From NCBI GenBank assembly GCA_964019335.1, contig OZ025677.1, positions 310,001 through 374,000 of the forward strand: 64,000 nucleotides of DNA, read 5' to 3'. The notes below the pieces were generated by a model. That model was not told the origin of the DNA. It made no database searches and saw only the letters and a program-made list of their open reading frames with translations. Both the position numbers and the translations under genes were made by a program. Of the stretch, positions 13,678 to 24,836 are shown in pieces; the first letter of the stretch is position 1, and the number at the start of each line of letters is the position of its first letter. The stretch is from Diplonema japonicum. Lineage: Eukaryota; Protista; Euglenozoa: Diplonemea.

Positions 13678-14445
13678 ATGAGTTTTAGCCCGTCGTCGGA
13701 CACGAGCAGTGTGTCTGTGTCGAAGATATTTTCTGTCTACGAGGCACCGGTAGAAATGCCTAGGCCAGTACATGATGAAGACGAGGATGAGGCGAACTCG
13801 GAGCACGTGGTGAGACGTCTTTCGTTTGATGGATCCATAGGAATCTCGGACAACAGCTGCTGTGTTTCTAAGGCCAGTGATAATGATTGCTGCGGTGACA
13901 GTAGCAGCGCTTCAGAGTCATCTACAAGTAGTGAACTGTTGGATGTGGCTAAGACATATCCACAGGCCCTCGTAGCTACACGAGGGTTGCTTAGGCTAGT
14001 TCGAAGCGGGCATGTAGGTCCCGTGTCAATGGTTACGGGACAAGAAATTCGTGACTTGTTAAAAGCTCACTGTTGCTGCGCAGCCACGTGCACTGCCTCT
14101 GTCCTCGGCAAGGCACTCCACCAGCTCGAAGGAGTCACCTCTGCAAAGGACAAAACAGGCAGAATCCGATACACCTTTCCTAGCGAGCCGAAGATGCCAG
14201 ATACCGTGCCCCCCAACGCACGCCCTGCAAGGTCGCCCTCACCTTCGTCATGTTCCCAAGAACCTCTGACCTGTCAGTACTGTCGAACCAGCACCCTTGC
14301 CAACGGGGACCGTCTTACTCAAACTTTGATGCCCCGCCACGAGGCCAGCTGCGTTGCTAGAATGCAAACTGATTTCAAAACCCTTGCCACAAAAAGAAAG
14401 TCCCCCACTTCCCCTCCCACAAAACCAAAGCGACGTCGCCGTTAG
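13678..14445 (+). CDS. Hypothetical nuclear protein: acidic/Ser-rich N-terminus, possible small winged-helix, C2HC Zn-finger-like motif, basic C-terminal NLS
   Basis: 255-aa open frame containing CQYC-x18-H-x3-C and ending KRKSP..KPKRRRR. No recognised family. Confidence 0.5.
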   Translation: MSFSPSSDTSSVSVSKIFSVYEAPVEMPRPVHDEDEDEANSEHVVRRLSFDGSIGISDNSCCVSKASDNDCCGDSSSASESSTSSELLDVAKTYPQALVATRGLLRLVRSGHVGPVSMVTGQEIRDLLKAHCCCAATCTASVLGKALHQLEGVTSAKDKTGRIRYTFPSEPKMPDTVPPNARPARSPSPSSCSQEPLTCQYCRTSTLANGDRLTQTLMPRHEASCVARMQTDFKTLATKRKSPTSPPTKPKRRRR

Positions 14446-15919
14446 TGTTCTTTTTCTTTCATGATGTTCTGTAGCCTGCCATTCCCCGGCTCGTGTTGTT
14501 TTCGGGAGGGGTTTTTTTTTTTTAAACTTTTTTTTTTAGGATATTCTCTGTTTCTTTTTCTCGCACGCATTTTTGCTGTGGAGGATCGATGCAGAGAGCT
14601 GGGGCAGAGATCGGTTTTCGCTAGCAACAGTGCAGGCGCTCTGCAAGGCGCTGAAGGCACGATGGGAACGAATGTAAAGGCTATAGATTGTCTTTTAACG
14701 ACAACTTCTTCGTGGCGTTAGGTGCTTCAAGAGGCGCTTAGGCCGCGACAGTGTATGGGTGATGAGTGTCATCAACTATATGATGCGGGGAATCCTTCAT
14801 TCTCTGCACTGTTCATTCATTTAGAAAACGAACATGAAAAGCAGCCTAAACGCAGCACATATCATGTTAGCAATTGCTGTAGTTGCTGTGTTGTTTGTAC
14901 AATAATATTGTTCTTGCATGAACTACTAGTTTTGTTATTTTGTTACTTGCAGCAAGGCAACTTGATAAGAAGAGACTTCCGGATTCTTCCAGTACACGAA
15001 ACCCGCATGGGATGACTGTCGCCGCGACGCTCCACATCCTGCCGTGAGCGAAGCGCCAAAAGAATTTCCTCACGCAGATCATGAGGCAGGCCTCTGAGGC
15101 ACATTCGCAAAGTAGTTTGGGAGTCTTGGGAATGGAGACGAAGGCTAGATGGAGATGAAGGCTGCGGGAGACCTACTCGACAGATAACAAGATCCTTCCG
15201 CCACGCTGCACACATAACACCTGCACCCATTTTTTTCTCGTCTTTTTTTGCTACATTTTTTGATTTTCAACAATAGGTTTTCTTCGATAAGATTTCATGC
15301 ACAGGAGGATCGAGGATAGAAAGAGAAAAGAAGAATAAAATGAGCTGATGAAGACGCGTGAGTTAAGACGAAAGCTGATGTACACGATATGGGGTGTGCT
15401 GGTTTGCTGGAAAAGATGTTGATGGAGGGAAGTGCCAAGCGTTCGGGGGAGAAGAGGTTCAGGGGATCGGGATCCAACCCCCACGTATCTTCAAGAGTTT
15501 CAGTCTTGAAAATGAGAAAAAAAGAAAAAAAGAGAAAAGAAAAGGTGTAAAAAAAAAAGAGAAGTGATTTCCTTTTGTTGATTGTGTTTGATGTTTTCTG
15601 ATTAGAATGGGTCTTTTTGTTTTTTCCCTCAACCGGGGGCAGAGGCTCACATAGTCTACTTTTTTCATTTTTATTTTTATTTTTGTTTTTTTTCTCTTAT
15701 TTTTTAAGCCCTCCAGCATCTTGTCCGCGCAGCTGTCTGCGGCGGCAGCAGCCTCCTCCTTCGGTTGTATAAATCGCGGCCTCTCCTATAGTCGTAGAGC
15801 TGCGTGGTAGAGCTGCAGTGGGTACTCACTCGCGCTAGGGGAGGGGTCTTGCTTCCAAACACACGCACACACACACACCACAGTTTCCTTTCTCCTTCTT
15901 TATTTTACTTTGCTTTAAT

Positions 15920-17104
15920 ATGATGAGGTGTGGTCTCCTCCTCGCTGCGGCCTGTGCGGTGAGCGGTCTGTCCCTGTCGCCCGCGACGGACAAGGTTGTG
16001 AAGGATGAGTTCATCTTGTTGCTGCACTCCAACATCACGGTGGCGGACCACGATGCGCTGAACGAGAGGGTGAAGGGGAAGAAGTTCTCTATCGGGAAGG
16101 GGTTCCGTGCGGTCCACGCGACCCTGAACGAGGAGTCCCTTGAGTGGGTGCTTGCTCAGGAGCACCTTGTGAAGAATGTGGAGCACAACCAAGTGGTGCG
16201 CCTCGTGCAGGAAACTTGCAACGCGCAGCAGAGGGACGCGTCGTGGGGTCAGGCGAGGACCACGAACGCTGGCCCGCAGAATGTTGTGAACACCTTCGCC
16301 CACAACCCTGACTGGGGCAAGGACATCGACATCTACATTGTTGACACCGGTATCAGGTGCACCCACGTTGACTTCAAGGACACCGAGGGGGAGAGCAGGT
16401 GCTTGTGGGGGGCGAACACCGCTGGCGGCAGCAACACCGATGTGAACGGACACGGGACCCACTGCGCCTCGACATCGGGCGGGATCCGCTACGGTATCGC
16501 AAAGGCCTCCACGCTGATCGCCGTGAAGGTGCTCGGGGACAACGGTTCCGGGACAACGGCTGGTGTGATCGCCGGTGTGCAGTTCGTGGCGGACAACGCC
16601 GCCGCAAGGAAGAAGAAGTCTGTTGCGAACATGTCGCTGGGAGGTGGCTTCAGCACGGCGTCGAACAACGCTGTCGACGCTGCTGTTGGCACCGGTGTTT
16701 CCTTCGCTGTGGCAGCCGGGAACGACAACGCTGACGCGAAGAACTACAGCCCCGCCAGTGCCAAGGACTGCGTCACCGTCGGCTCCACCGAGCTCGCCAA
16801 CTCGGGCGGCACCCAGGTTGACGCACGCTCCAGTTTCTCCAACTTCGGCAGCACCCTCGACATCTTCGCACCCGGCTCCAACATTGTGGCTGCGTACTCC
16901 ACCTCCGACACCGCCTACGCCACCCTCTCCGGTACCTCCATGGCCTCCCCTCACGTTGCTGGTGCTATGGCTGTCTACGCCCAGACAAACAGCCCCGCTG
17001 AGGTCAAGAAGCTCCTCAACGACAACGCCGAGACTGGTATCCTTCAGATCGGGACCGGGTCCCCGAACAGGATGCTTCACGTCCCTTGCATTAGCACCCG
17101 TTAA
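15920..17104 (+). CDS. Secreted subtilisin-like serine protease (S8A, proteinase K-like) with I9 propeptide
   Basis: Signal peptide. Catalytic motifs IYIVDTG (Asp), HGTHCAST (His), AAGN (oxyanion Asn) and SGTSMASPHVAG (Ser). Strong GC3 bias. Confidence 0.96.
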   Translation: MMRCGLLLAAACAVSGLSLSPATDKVVKDEFILLLHSNITVADHDALNERVKGKKFSIGKGFRAVHATLNEESLEWVLAQEHLVKNVEHNQVVRLVQETCNAQQRDASWGQARTTNAGPQNVVNTFAHNPDWGKDIDIYIVDTGIRCTHVDFKDTEGESRCLWGANTAGGSNTDVNGHGTHCASTSGGIRYGIAKASTLIAVKVLGDNGSGTTAGVIAGVQFVADNAAARKKKSVANMSLGGGFSTASNNAVDAAVGTGVSFAVAAGNDNADAKNYSPASAKDCVTVGSTELANSGGTQVDARSSFSNFGSTLDIFAPGSNIVAAYSTSDTAYATLSGTSMASPHVAGAMAVYAQTNSPAEVKKLLNDNAETGILQIGTGSPNRMLHVPCISTR

Positions 17105-17666
17105 ACTCGGGATTCGCTGATCCTATCAATCCCCCTCCCCCCTCCCGAATGATTAAACCAATAAGTGTGGCGTTACCTAACGTGTTTTTTTTTGAAAGGA
17201 AAGTGAAATAAAAAATGAAATTTAAGAGTAAAAAACCCCCCCGGTATTTGTCGAATTATTGCACGCAACAACCGAACAGGGTGTCTAACTGTGATCTTTT
17301 TTTTTTCGATTGTTTTGTTTTTGATGTTGTGTGCATGTCGGTACAAAAGAAAAAGGGGGGAAAAATATTTGTAGGCACTATCTTTCGTTCAAAATCTCTT
17401 TCCTGTTTTCCTCTTCTATTTATTTTCATTCTCTGCAGTTTTCTACATCTCAAGGGGAAGTCTAAACAAGGGGGTGGTTTCTCTGGTGTTTGGCACTTTA
17501 CTTGCCCTTGAATGACGAAATCAAAAACTTTTTTTTTTGCGCATGTGGTTCCGAAGTACTAACAAGAAAAAGGCTCCTGGTGGCGAATAACGCATATGGG
17601 GACGATTCCAATTTTCCCTTTAAGATGATCTCTTCTGTCCCGACGGGGGTGGTTGGGTGTACACGA

Positions 17667-17785
17667 TACACCATATATGTCATCTTCCTATTTGCATGCT
17701 GCCCTTTTTTTGCTCAAATAATCAAACAGAAATTTTCGAACTGCCACAAAAAAGTGTTGACATTTTAATCCCGGACAAGCTCATA
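17667..17785 (-). mobile_element. Truncated end of the TATGAGCTCGTCC-TIR MITE family
   Basis: Reverse-complement similarity to 57293-57412 (gcatgctgcccttttttgctcaaataatcaaa...tgttgacatttt...ggacaagctcata, followed by TA). Confidence 0.75.
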
Positions 17786-17845
17786 TAATAAATCTCGTTT
17801 TCGAGTTCGCATCCAATTAATCTCCAACACAGTCCCTCTACTTGC

Positions 17846-18056
<211 letters not shown>

Positions 18057-18059
18057 AGT

Positions 18060-18385
18060 ATGGAGCTGTCGGTACTTCAGAGTACGAGGAAGGGTGTGCC
18101 TCGGGTCCGGCGGACAGGGGTCGGTGTACAAGGCAGTGAGGAGGGTGGATGGAGGTATCTTGCGATGAAGGCGTTCGCAGAAGAAGAGCACAGGAAGAAC
18201 GTGGAGGAGGTGCGGCACATGCTGAAGCACAGGAACTTGATTCTCTGCCTTGACTTCTTCGAGACGACAAGCACAAAGGAATCCCTTACTCTATCTTAGG
18301 CACACCAGCTTACATGGCACCCGACTTCTACGGAATGGGCGGCTACACCAACAAAGTAGATATGTGGAACCTCGGGGTGACTGTG
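18060..18385 (+). pseudogene. Ser/Thr protein kinase relic (frameshifted, internally deleted)
   Basis: LGSGGQGSVYKAV (Gly loop), then a frameshift to YLAMK...EEVRHM..KHRNLILCLDFFE, then GTPAYMAPDFYGMGGYTNKVDMWNLGVT (subdomains VIII-IX). The HRD/DFG region is absent. Confidence 0.8.
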
Positions 18386-18885
18386 TCAAGTGGTTCAAAG
18401 CAGATTTGGGGGATCTCTTTCTGAGGTACCTGCATGATAACCGTGAGCTTGGAGAAGCTTCAGACTCACCTCTCCCCTGCCCTCTGGGAGGTTGTGTTCC
18501 GCCTCCTCTCCACCGACAAAGCCTCTTGTTAGTTCCGCGGTTCGGTAACTCGCATTGCAACTTATTTATTCCATTGGTAATCACTTCTTGTAAGGTGACG
18601 CTATCGAAGCCGCTTCTACCAGTTGTGAGTGAGGTTTATCTCCCATCCGGTCCATGCTAGGAGTCGAGAACGTTCAAAAAAGCTATTCTTCTACCTATAA
18701 TCTATCCAAACGGGTTTGCGGAAGGAAAGAAGGGTATCGGGATGAAATAAAAGATTTGTATTTCTGGCGGAAATAAACTTTTTGCGAAACAGTTGGCACG
18801 CACAGGATGGACTGACTTTACCGTGACGAAGTTCGCGAAGAGGCCTCCTCCCTCAACTTTGATAATTACATTAGATTATAGTTAA

Positions 18886-21056
18886 CCATTAAAGGACGGG
18901 GGTTTTTGGGCAAAAAAAAGGTCACCATCGACTTTTTTATTTTCTAAAATTAAAACATCCTCGAGCATGCAACCATAGAACGACGCTTGTGTAAAAGAAA
19001 ATACATCACCCAGGAGGGACAAAAAACACCCCCAGACGCCCCTCAAAGGCCCTGGGAAGTGAATAGAATAAGGAATTGAAGTGAAATTTATTGTGAAAAC
19101 CCACCCATAGGTTAGACACTTCCTTACTTTTTTCGCTTGGGCCTCGGAGTGCTAGGGGGGGTTTTGCTTTTGGGACTTGGCTCAGATGACGACCTGGGGA
19201 AAGGGTATGTGTTTGGAGACGCTGGTACCTTAGGCGTTTCTTTTCAGAGGGGGTAGATTGGGGTGGGTAAACCACTGGTTCGTGATAGTCCGCAAGCAAG
19301 CTGGGCACAGATGCACGTTACAAGCCTTGCAGATGAAGATAGTTTGCACCCGGACCCCCAAAACACGCATGTGGTGTGTGCATTGTCTTGCTGCATCCAG
19401 TTTTTTGGACCAGTGACCTTTGGTGAAGTCGCGCCTGGCATCTTCCCTGGACCCCTCGGTCCCCATTTCAGAACGGGTGCTTGCTGGGCGGTTGTTTCCG
19501 GACTGGCGCATAACAGTCGAAAAGCTGTTGTCGCTCATCGCGAACCCGTTTTTGGGCCTGCCTGGGCCTACTTGCTTCTTCGCTGGGGCAAGATTAGGTA
19601 CATTCTGGCGGTTTTCTTCGGATTGTTACCACCATTGACTGGACTTTCCTCGGATTGTTTCCACCACAAACCCGATTCCCACATCTGTTGTACAAGGGTA
19701 ACGCCAGGATGCCGGGGTACAAGGGGAACGCTACCGATGCCGAGCCATCCACCAGGTGGACACGAATAGTGGCATCGACAAGTCACGTGGGGTGCGCTTT
19801 CAGACTGAGCACGACGTTCACTTCATGTCAAGCAAGACGCCATTGAAGGCACCGCAGGAGATATGAGAGAACGTTGTAAGAGCTTTCATTGTCGCGCTCG
19901 AGCTGCAGGACAAGAAGCTCGAAGTAGAGCTCCGCCGCCGAGACATTCTGGTTGCCATGTTGTCCTTTTTTGGCATCATAAGCATTGGTGCTTCTGCAGT
20001 GATCACGTGGTACGCCAATCCTGTACGCGAGTCAGGGCTCCCAAACACCAGCACCCCCCTACAATGACCTCGATCCTTCACCAAATGGGAAGGTAATATG
20101 CCAAGTGCTGAGATACCTCACATCGGGGTCCACAGTGCTGTGTTTGATTGCTTTTTCACGCTTTTACAATGGTATTAGCAAGGTCTTTACAGTAGATCGA
20201 CAAGTTGAACACGACCCTGTGTCAGATCCTGTCCGGTGCACAGCCTCACCTGTCCTCTTTGCAGGCTGGAATACTCTGAAGCGATGCCTACCGTGTGACT
20301 TGATCATACTCTCATCAATGATCGATTCTCCGGGGGAATAGTGTTGCAGACAGGTAGGGGAGCAAGAATCTTATTTTTTGCAACCTGTCTGTCTCTTCAC
20401 CCCTCCAAAATGCAACGACCGCTGTAAGCGCAAAAGCAGTAACGTTTCATTACACTTGCCAAAAAAAGGTGTGGCGAGGGCACAAATGGTCGGCCAGTAA
20501 TCTTTTATGCCAGCCTTGCGGATGATGTCCATGAGCACCCACAAGGCCAGAAACTGATAGATATCGTCCACAGTGAAGTCAAAGTCGGGGTTGTGGTACT
20601 TGCAAACGGTGCAAAGAGATTTCACAAACCCCATTGAGATGAACAGCTTGGAAATCCTTGATGCACACATGTGGGAAATGGGTGATTTCTGCCCCCCCCA
20701 TGTGCCCTGTCACTTCTTACGCGTAACCTGCGTAATATCGCTCTCCCAGGGCATATTTTCACTCTTCTCGTCACTACTGGCGCTAGGTGAGGTCCCATCG
20801 TCAGTGAGAATGTCCCCTTAGGCACTCCCGAACTCGTCTGAATCAGTACTGCTCATCTGAGCTTTCGTGCCACCAAAAACTGGTTTCGAGGGTGTTTTTG
20901 GAGGTTAATCTAGGGGCCAAAAGTGATTTTCGATGGAAAAGAAATCGCGGAACTAGGTCATTCTGTGCAAGGGTAAGGGTCTATGGTACTTAAAATGCCT
21001 ATACAAAAATTTTAATTTTTTGATCGCTAGATATCTAGCGCTTCGTCCTTTAATGG
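18886..21056 (-). mobile_element. piggyBac DNA transposon, full-length but decayed
   Basis: TTAA at 18882-18885 and 21057-21060. Perfect 13-bp TIR CCATTAAAGGACG (18886-18898 and 21044-21056). Transposase fragments on the minus strand. Confidence 0.93.
19230..20856 (-). pseudogene. piggyBac (DDE_Tnp_1_7-type) transposase pseudogene
   Basis: Fragments DIYQFLALWVLMDIIRKAGIKDYW..TPFFGK and YSPGESIIDESMIKSHGRHRFRVFQPAK, plus C-terminal Cys-rich TIFICKACNVHLCPAC. Multiple stops and frameshifts. Confidence 0.85.
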
Positions 21057-21436
21057 TTAATTACATTTAGCATGATGTCCTTAATTGCTTTAGTTAGTTG
21101 GTGTGCTTTAGTTTTTTCCCAGCGGGTGATTTTGGAGAACTTATCTTAAATACTGTCACCCTTCGATACCCTTCATCGCCTAAAAACAAAGGAGTGAAAT
21201 GATCTCGACAAAACAATTCCAATCAAGTAGACATATCTCATATTTATTTTCTAGGTGGTGGGGATAATATGGAGTATAAAGAAGTCATCAGATGTGTTGT
21301 TCGCTGTTGACCTCCTCGTCGGTAGAATGCACCAAGAAACATTTCCGACTGTTCAGAAAATAGTCATTTTCGAGTTTTGTTGCCGCCTCCCTGTATTACC
21401 ACTTGTTATAATCTAACCATTGATCTGCTAGGAAAG

Positions 21437-22611
21437 ATGTCTGTGGCTCTTCAGGTCACTCTTCCATCAACAGCGACTTACACAGTCGATGCACTGCATA
21501 GCGACACTATTGGCGAGGTGAGGGCAAAGATCGCAGCGTTATGCGAGCTACAGCCGGCGAAGTTCATGTTGACGTTTGAAGGAGACAGGCTCGAGGATTG
21601 CGCGAGGGTGGGTGGGTATCCTTTCGAAGACCTATCTACAGTGAACGTAGAACCAAGCAGTAGCGAGAAGAGGCGGATGAGGCTAGAAGAACTGCGGTGG
21701 GACCCAAAGGATACTGACATAGACTTATTACTAAAGTTGCAAAAGCTTTGCAAACATAAGGCCTTTGAGCAAGCAGATTCGTTAGACGCAAGATATAGCA
21801 AAGTGGTCGAAGTTCTCGCTGATGAGGCTGATGACTTGTTTGAAGATATATTGGTGTACGCTGCGTGGCTCGGCATGCTGGAGTGTGTTGCAGTGATCAT
21901 GGGCAACATAGACATCGACATCAACAAGCGCACTCTGACGTCGGTCTCGGACAGAGCAGGTTCATGGACGCCGCTCCACGCAGCAGCCGCGAATAACCAC
22001 CTAAAGCTCGTGGAGTACTTTTTAGCGCACTGTGCTGACCCCAACATTCCGTGCCTTCTCGGCACTCTTGCCGTCTGCTCACCAATCCACGAGGCAGCAT
22101 GCGGAAATCTCGTAGAGCTTGCCCACCTTCTTCTTTCACATGGCGCACATCTCGATGCCCGCGATGACAAGGGCCGCACCCCGCTGCACCTCGCTTCACG
22201 GCATGGTCACGTTAGTGTTATGACCGTGTTTCTGGAACAGGCATCTGCACAGGACATAGATGCCAAAGATACACAATGTATGCATGAGCTTTCTTTAAAA
22301 CTAAAAACTCAGGTAAAACTCCTCTTCATCACGCTGCAGGCAATGCTGACATAGCAAGGTTGCTACTCGACCACGGTGCTGATTGCGATGCACTCGACAT
22401 TTACCGCAGTACGCCCCTCCACGAAGCGGCCACTGGGGATCATTTCTCCACCCTTTCCCTCCTCCTTGGCTACGGGGCAGACCCCGGCATCCGAGACAGA
22501 TACAACCTGCTTGCCATCGACCACGCCGCTTATCACAACTTCAAAGAAGTGGCTGCGTTGCTGCGTGTAAAGACGGGCACCTGTCGACAAAATTGGTGCG
22601 TTATTTGTTAA
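21437..22611 (+). CDS. Ubiquitin-like domain + ankyrin repeat protein; exons 21437-22277 and 22313-22611
   Basis: N-terminal Ubl (DTIGEVRAKIA..LTFEGDRLED) and ankyrin motifs WTPLHAAA, GRTPLHLAS, STPLHEAA. A 35-nt GTATGC..CAG intron restores DTQC-KTPLHHAA. Confidence 0.88.
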
Positions 22612-22839
22612 GAAACATGTAAACAAGTTGTGTGGACATTCTAGAAGAGCCTTTACGTGCTGTAAAGCCCGTGCAGCTATCGGCGTCGAAAATAAGAGTT
22701 TACGAAATGAGAAAATAAAAAAGGTGCTTTCCCACGAGTTTAAAAAGTGTCCCCACAAGTGAATTCTGTCTGATTTTTCATAAATACCTGGGCCCCTCAG
22801 TAAGGTAACCTGTTCTACAGCAGCGATCGAACGTAAACC

Positions 22840-23156
22840 CTCTGTCTCTCTCTCTTGCCGCTACGTCCGTTGCCCGTCGGCCCGCCGCTAACGAAAGCCC
22901 TCCCCCAAAGGATCCCCTCCCCCAACACATTAATAATAATAATAAAAAAAAAAATGGATCCAAAACGACCCGCAGGAGAGGAGCCGACGCAAACCCGCAG
23001 GGAGAAGGAGCCGAGGCAGCGCAAACCCGCAAAGGTCACCAGGTTCGTTATGACTGGTCGGGCAGTATGATTCTCCCCCTAGATCCCTCCACTCCCTAAG
23101 AAAAAAAAAAAAAAAAATAAACAACAACTAGAGACCACCACAACCAGGGACCCGCA
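22840..23156 (+). repeat. SL-less copy of the MDP[KR]R 5' module (copy 0), interrupted at a CCCGCAAACC unit
   Basis: Shares ...aaaggatcccctccccc aacac A-run ATGGATCCAA.ACGAC.CGCAGGAG and ggcagtatga...ctaga with 23290-23570. Confidence 0.75.
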
Positions 23157-23195
23157 AACCAACGATTCTAAAGCTACAGTTTCTGTACTTTATTG
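23157..23195 (+). other. Complete 39-nt spliced-leader (mini-exon) sequence, genomic copy
   Basis: AACCAACGATTCTAAAGCTACAGTTTCTGTACTTTATTG contains the euglenozoan SL core CAGTTTCTGTACT.TATTG and, from memory, closely matches the Diplonema SL. It is followed by GTCGTT rather than the GTATG SL-RNA intron start. Confidence 0.9.
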
Positions 23196-23366
23196 GTCGT
23201 TCGTGTTCTGCTGGTGCCTGCCGCCTCTGCCTGGGTTTGCCGCTGCGTCCGTCGTCCGTCGTCGCCGTCGTCCGGGGGGGTTGTTTTGCCCGTCGGCCTG
23301 CCCGCCGCTCAACGAAAGGATCCCCTCCCCCCCAACACACACTATAAAACAAAAAAAAAAAAAAAA

Positions 23367-24227
23367 ATGGATCCAAGACGACTCGCAGGAGGAGGTGACC
23401 GCAGCCGCAGCCGCAGCCCGCAGGAGCAAGCCCGCAGCCCGCAGCACACGGCGCCGAGACCCACCCAACCAGGCAATCTGGTTGGGCAGTATGAATCCCC
23501 ACCCCCTAGATCCCCCCACCCCCCTTTAGAAAAAAAAAATAATAAAATAAAAAAATCACTAGCAGAGACCGCGGTTTTGACCGCCGCTGCTACAGCCACG
23601 GCCGCCCCAGCCGCCCTGAACGCCGCAGCCGACCCTGCCGCCCTGATCGCCGCAACTGAGACCGCCGCAGCCGCCTCTGCCGCAGCCACGACCGCCGCGA
23701 CCACGACCCCTGCAGCCGACCCTGCTATTGTTGAAGAGGGAGGAAAAGAGGGAGAAAAAAAGGGGTGGGTACTGGTGTATGGTGAACACCCTCCCGGGTT
23801 GAGGACGGGCCCGGCCCCTGCCTTCCCGAAAGCCCTGCTTTCAGGAAAGTGGGAGGCCCTGTCTGGGAACTCAGGGAGGGAGACCCTCCAATACGGGTAC
23901 CGGTGGGAGGGGGCGAACGCCAAGGTGCGCCCCACCACGGGGATCCCAGGGGGGGCGGAGGGGTGGGTGAGGGAGGTGGCCGCCGCCGCAGGGCTCGAGG
24001 TGGTCCCCAACCAGGTACTTGTCAACAAGTACAAGTCTGGTTGTGGGATTGCCGCCCACAAGGACGACGCGAGGCTGGGACCGATTGTCCTAGTCCTCTC
24101 GTACGGAGCCGAGACCACAATGGTCATGAGGAGGGGGGGCAGGGTGGCGAAATACTGCTTTTTCGCATGGACATTGGTCACTCTGCCCCTTTCCCCTTTT
24201 TTGATTCTCCCTCTTTCCCCCTCCTAA
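23367..24227 (+). CDS. AlkB-family 2OG-Fe(II) dioxygenase, C-terminally truncated, with basic/Ala-rich N-terminal extension
   Basis: RETLQYGYRW...PNQVLVNKYKSGCGIAAHKDDARLGPIVLVLSYGAETTMVMR contains the NxY and HxD motifs. The distal His and the 2OG-binding Arg strand are not seen before the low-complexity end. Confidence 0.75.
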   Translation: MDPRRLAGGGDRSRSRSPQEQARSPQHTAPRPTQPGNLVGQYESPPPRSPHPPLEKKNNKIKKSLAETAVLTAAATATAAPAALNAAADPAALIAATETAAAASAAATTAATTTPAADPAIVEEGGKEGEKKGWVLVYGEHPPGLRTGPAPAFPKALLSGKWEALSGNSGRETLQYGYRWEGANAKVRPTTGIPGGAEGWVREVAAAAGLEVVPNQVLVNKYKSGCGIAAHKDDARLGPIVLVLSYGAETTMVMRRGGRVAKYCFFAWTLVTLPLSPFLILPLSPS

Positions 24228-24559
24228 ATTTTACCCCCTGCCCCACTCATTCCTCCCTAGTATGTTTTTGAATTTGCCTCTTCTTCTTTTAAGCCTTTTT
24301 TGAGATTTTTATTTTTGAATTTTTATCATTTGGAGTTGCTTCTTCTTCTTCCCCTCTCCCTCCCATAAAGAAAAAGAGAAACCCATGCCTTCCTCGCAGG
24401 TTGGAACTTGATTGTCTGTTTTGGAATATTTTTATTTTCTCTTAAGATTTATCGTGCCTTGTGTGTCTTTTGAAGAAAAAAAAAAAAAAAAAACATTCTC
24501 AAGTCCCCCTTTTTATTTATTTTCTCAAGTCCCCCTTTTTATTTATTTTCTCAAGTCCC

Positions 24560-24629
<70 letters not shown>

Positions 24630-24643
24630 CTGGTGCCCCCCTT

Positions 24644-24836
24644 CCGCAAACCCGCAAACCCGCAAACCCGCAAACCCGCAAACCCGCAAACCCGCAAACC
24701 CGCAAACCCGCAAACCCGCAAACCCGCAAACCCGCAAACCCGCAAACCCGCAAACCCGCAAACCCGCAAACCCGCAAACCCGCAAACCCGCAAACCCGCA
24801 AACCCGCAAACCCGCAAACCCGCAAACCCGCAAACC
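24644..24836 (+). repeat. (CCCGCAAA)n octamer array running into the gap
   Basis: About 24 perfect units. Confidence 0.97.

Larger units (their letters stand above)
23157..24626 (+). mobile_element. SL-capped, A-tailed putative non-autonomous retroelement/retrocopy carrying an AlkB ORF
   Basis: SL, 5'UTR, ORF, 26-27-nt minisatellite (24496-24566), then A60 (24567-24626). CCCGCAAA sequence lies on both sides. Confidence 0.65.

Noticed and set aside
14943-15230. 95-aa minus-strand ORF
   Set aside because: No recognisable motif, and it runs against the local gene orientation; insufficient support.
15905-17080. 391-aa antisense ORF
   Set aside because: Shadow of the GC3-rich subtilisin gene.
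23157-23300. Functional SL RNA gene
   Set aside because: It is not followed by GTATG or an obvious short SL intron with a T-run terminator. The second copy has no GT at all, and both continue into the same mRNA-like UTR and ATG.
23489-23562. GTATGA..CTAG intron in the AlkB ORF (also present in copy 0)
   Set aside because: Removing it shifts the frame from ATG 23367 into a stop, while the unspliced frame is open. It cannot be fully excluded without RNA data.
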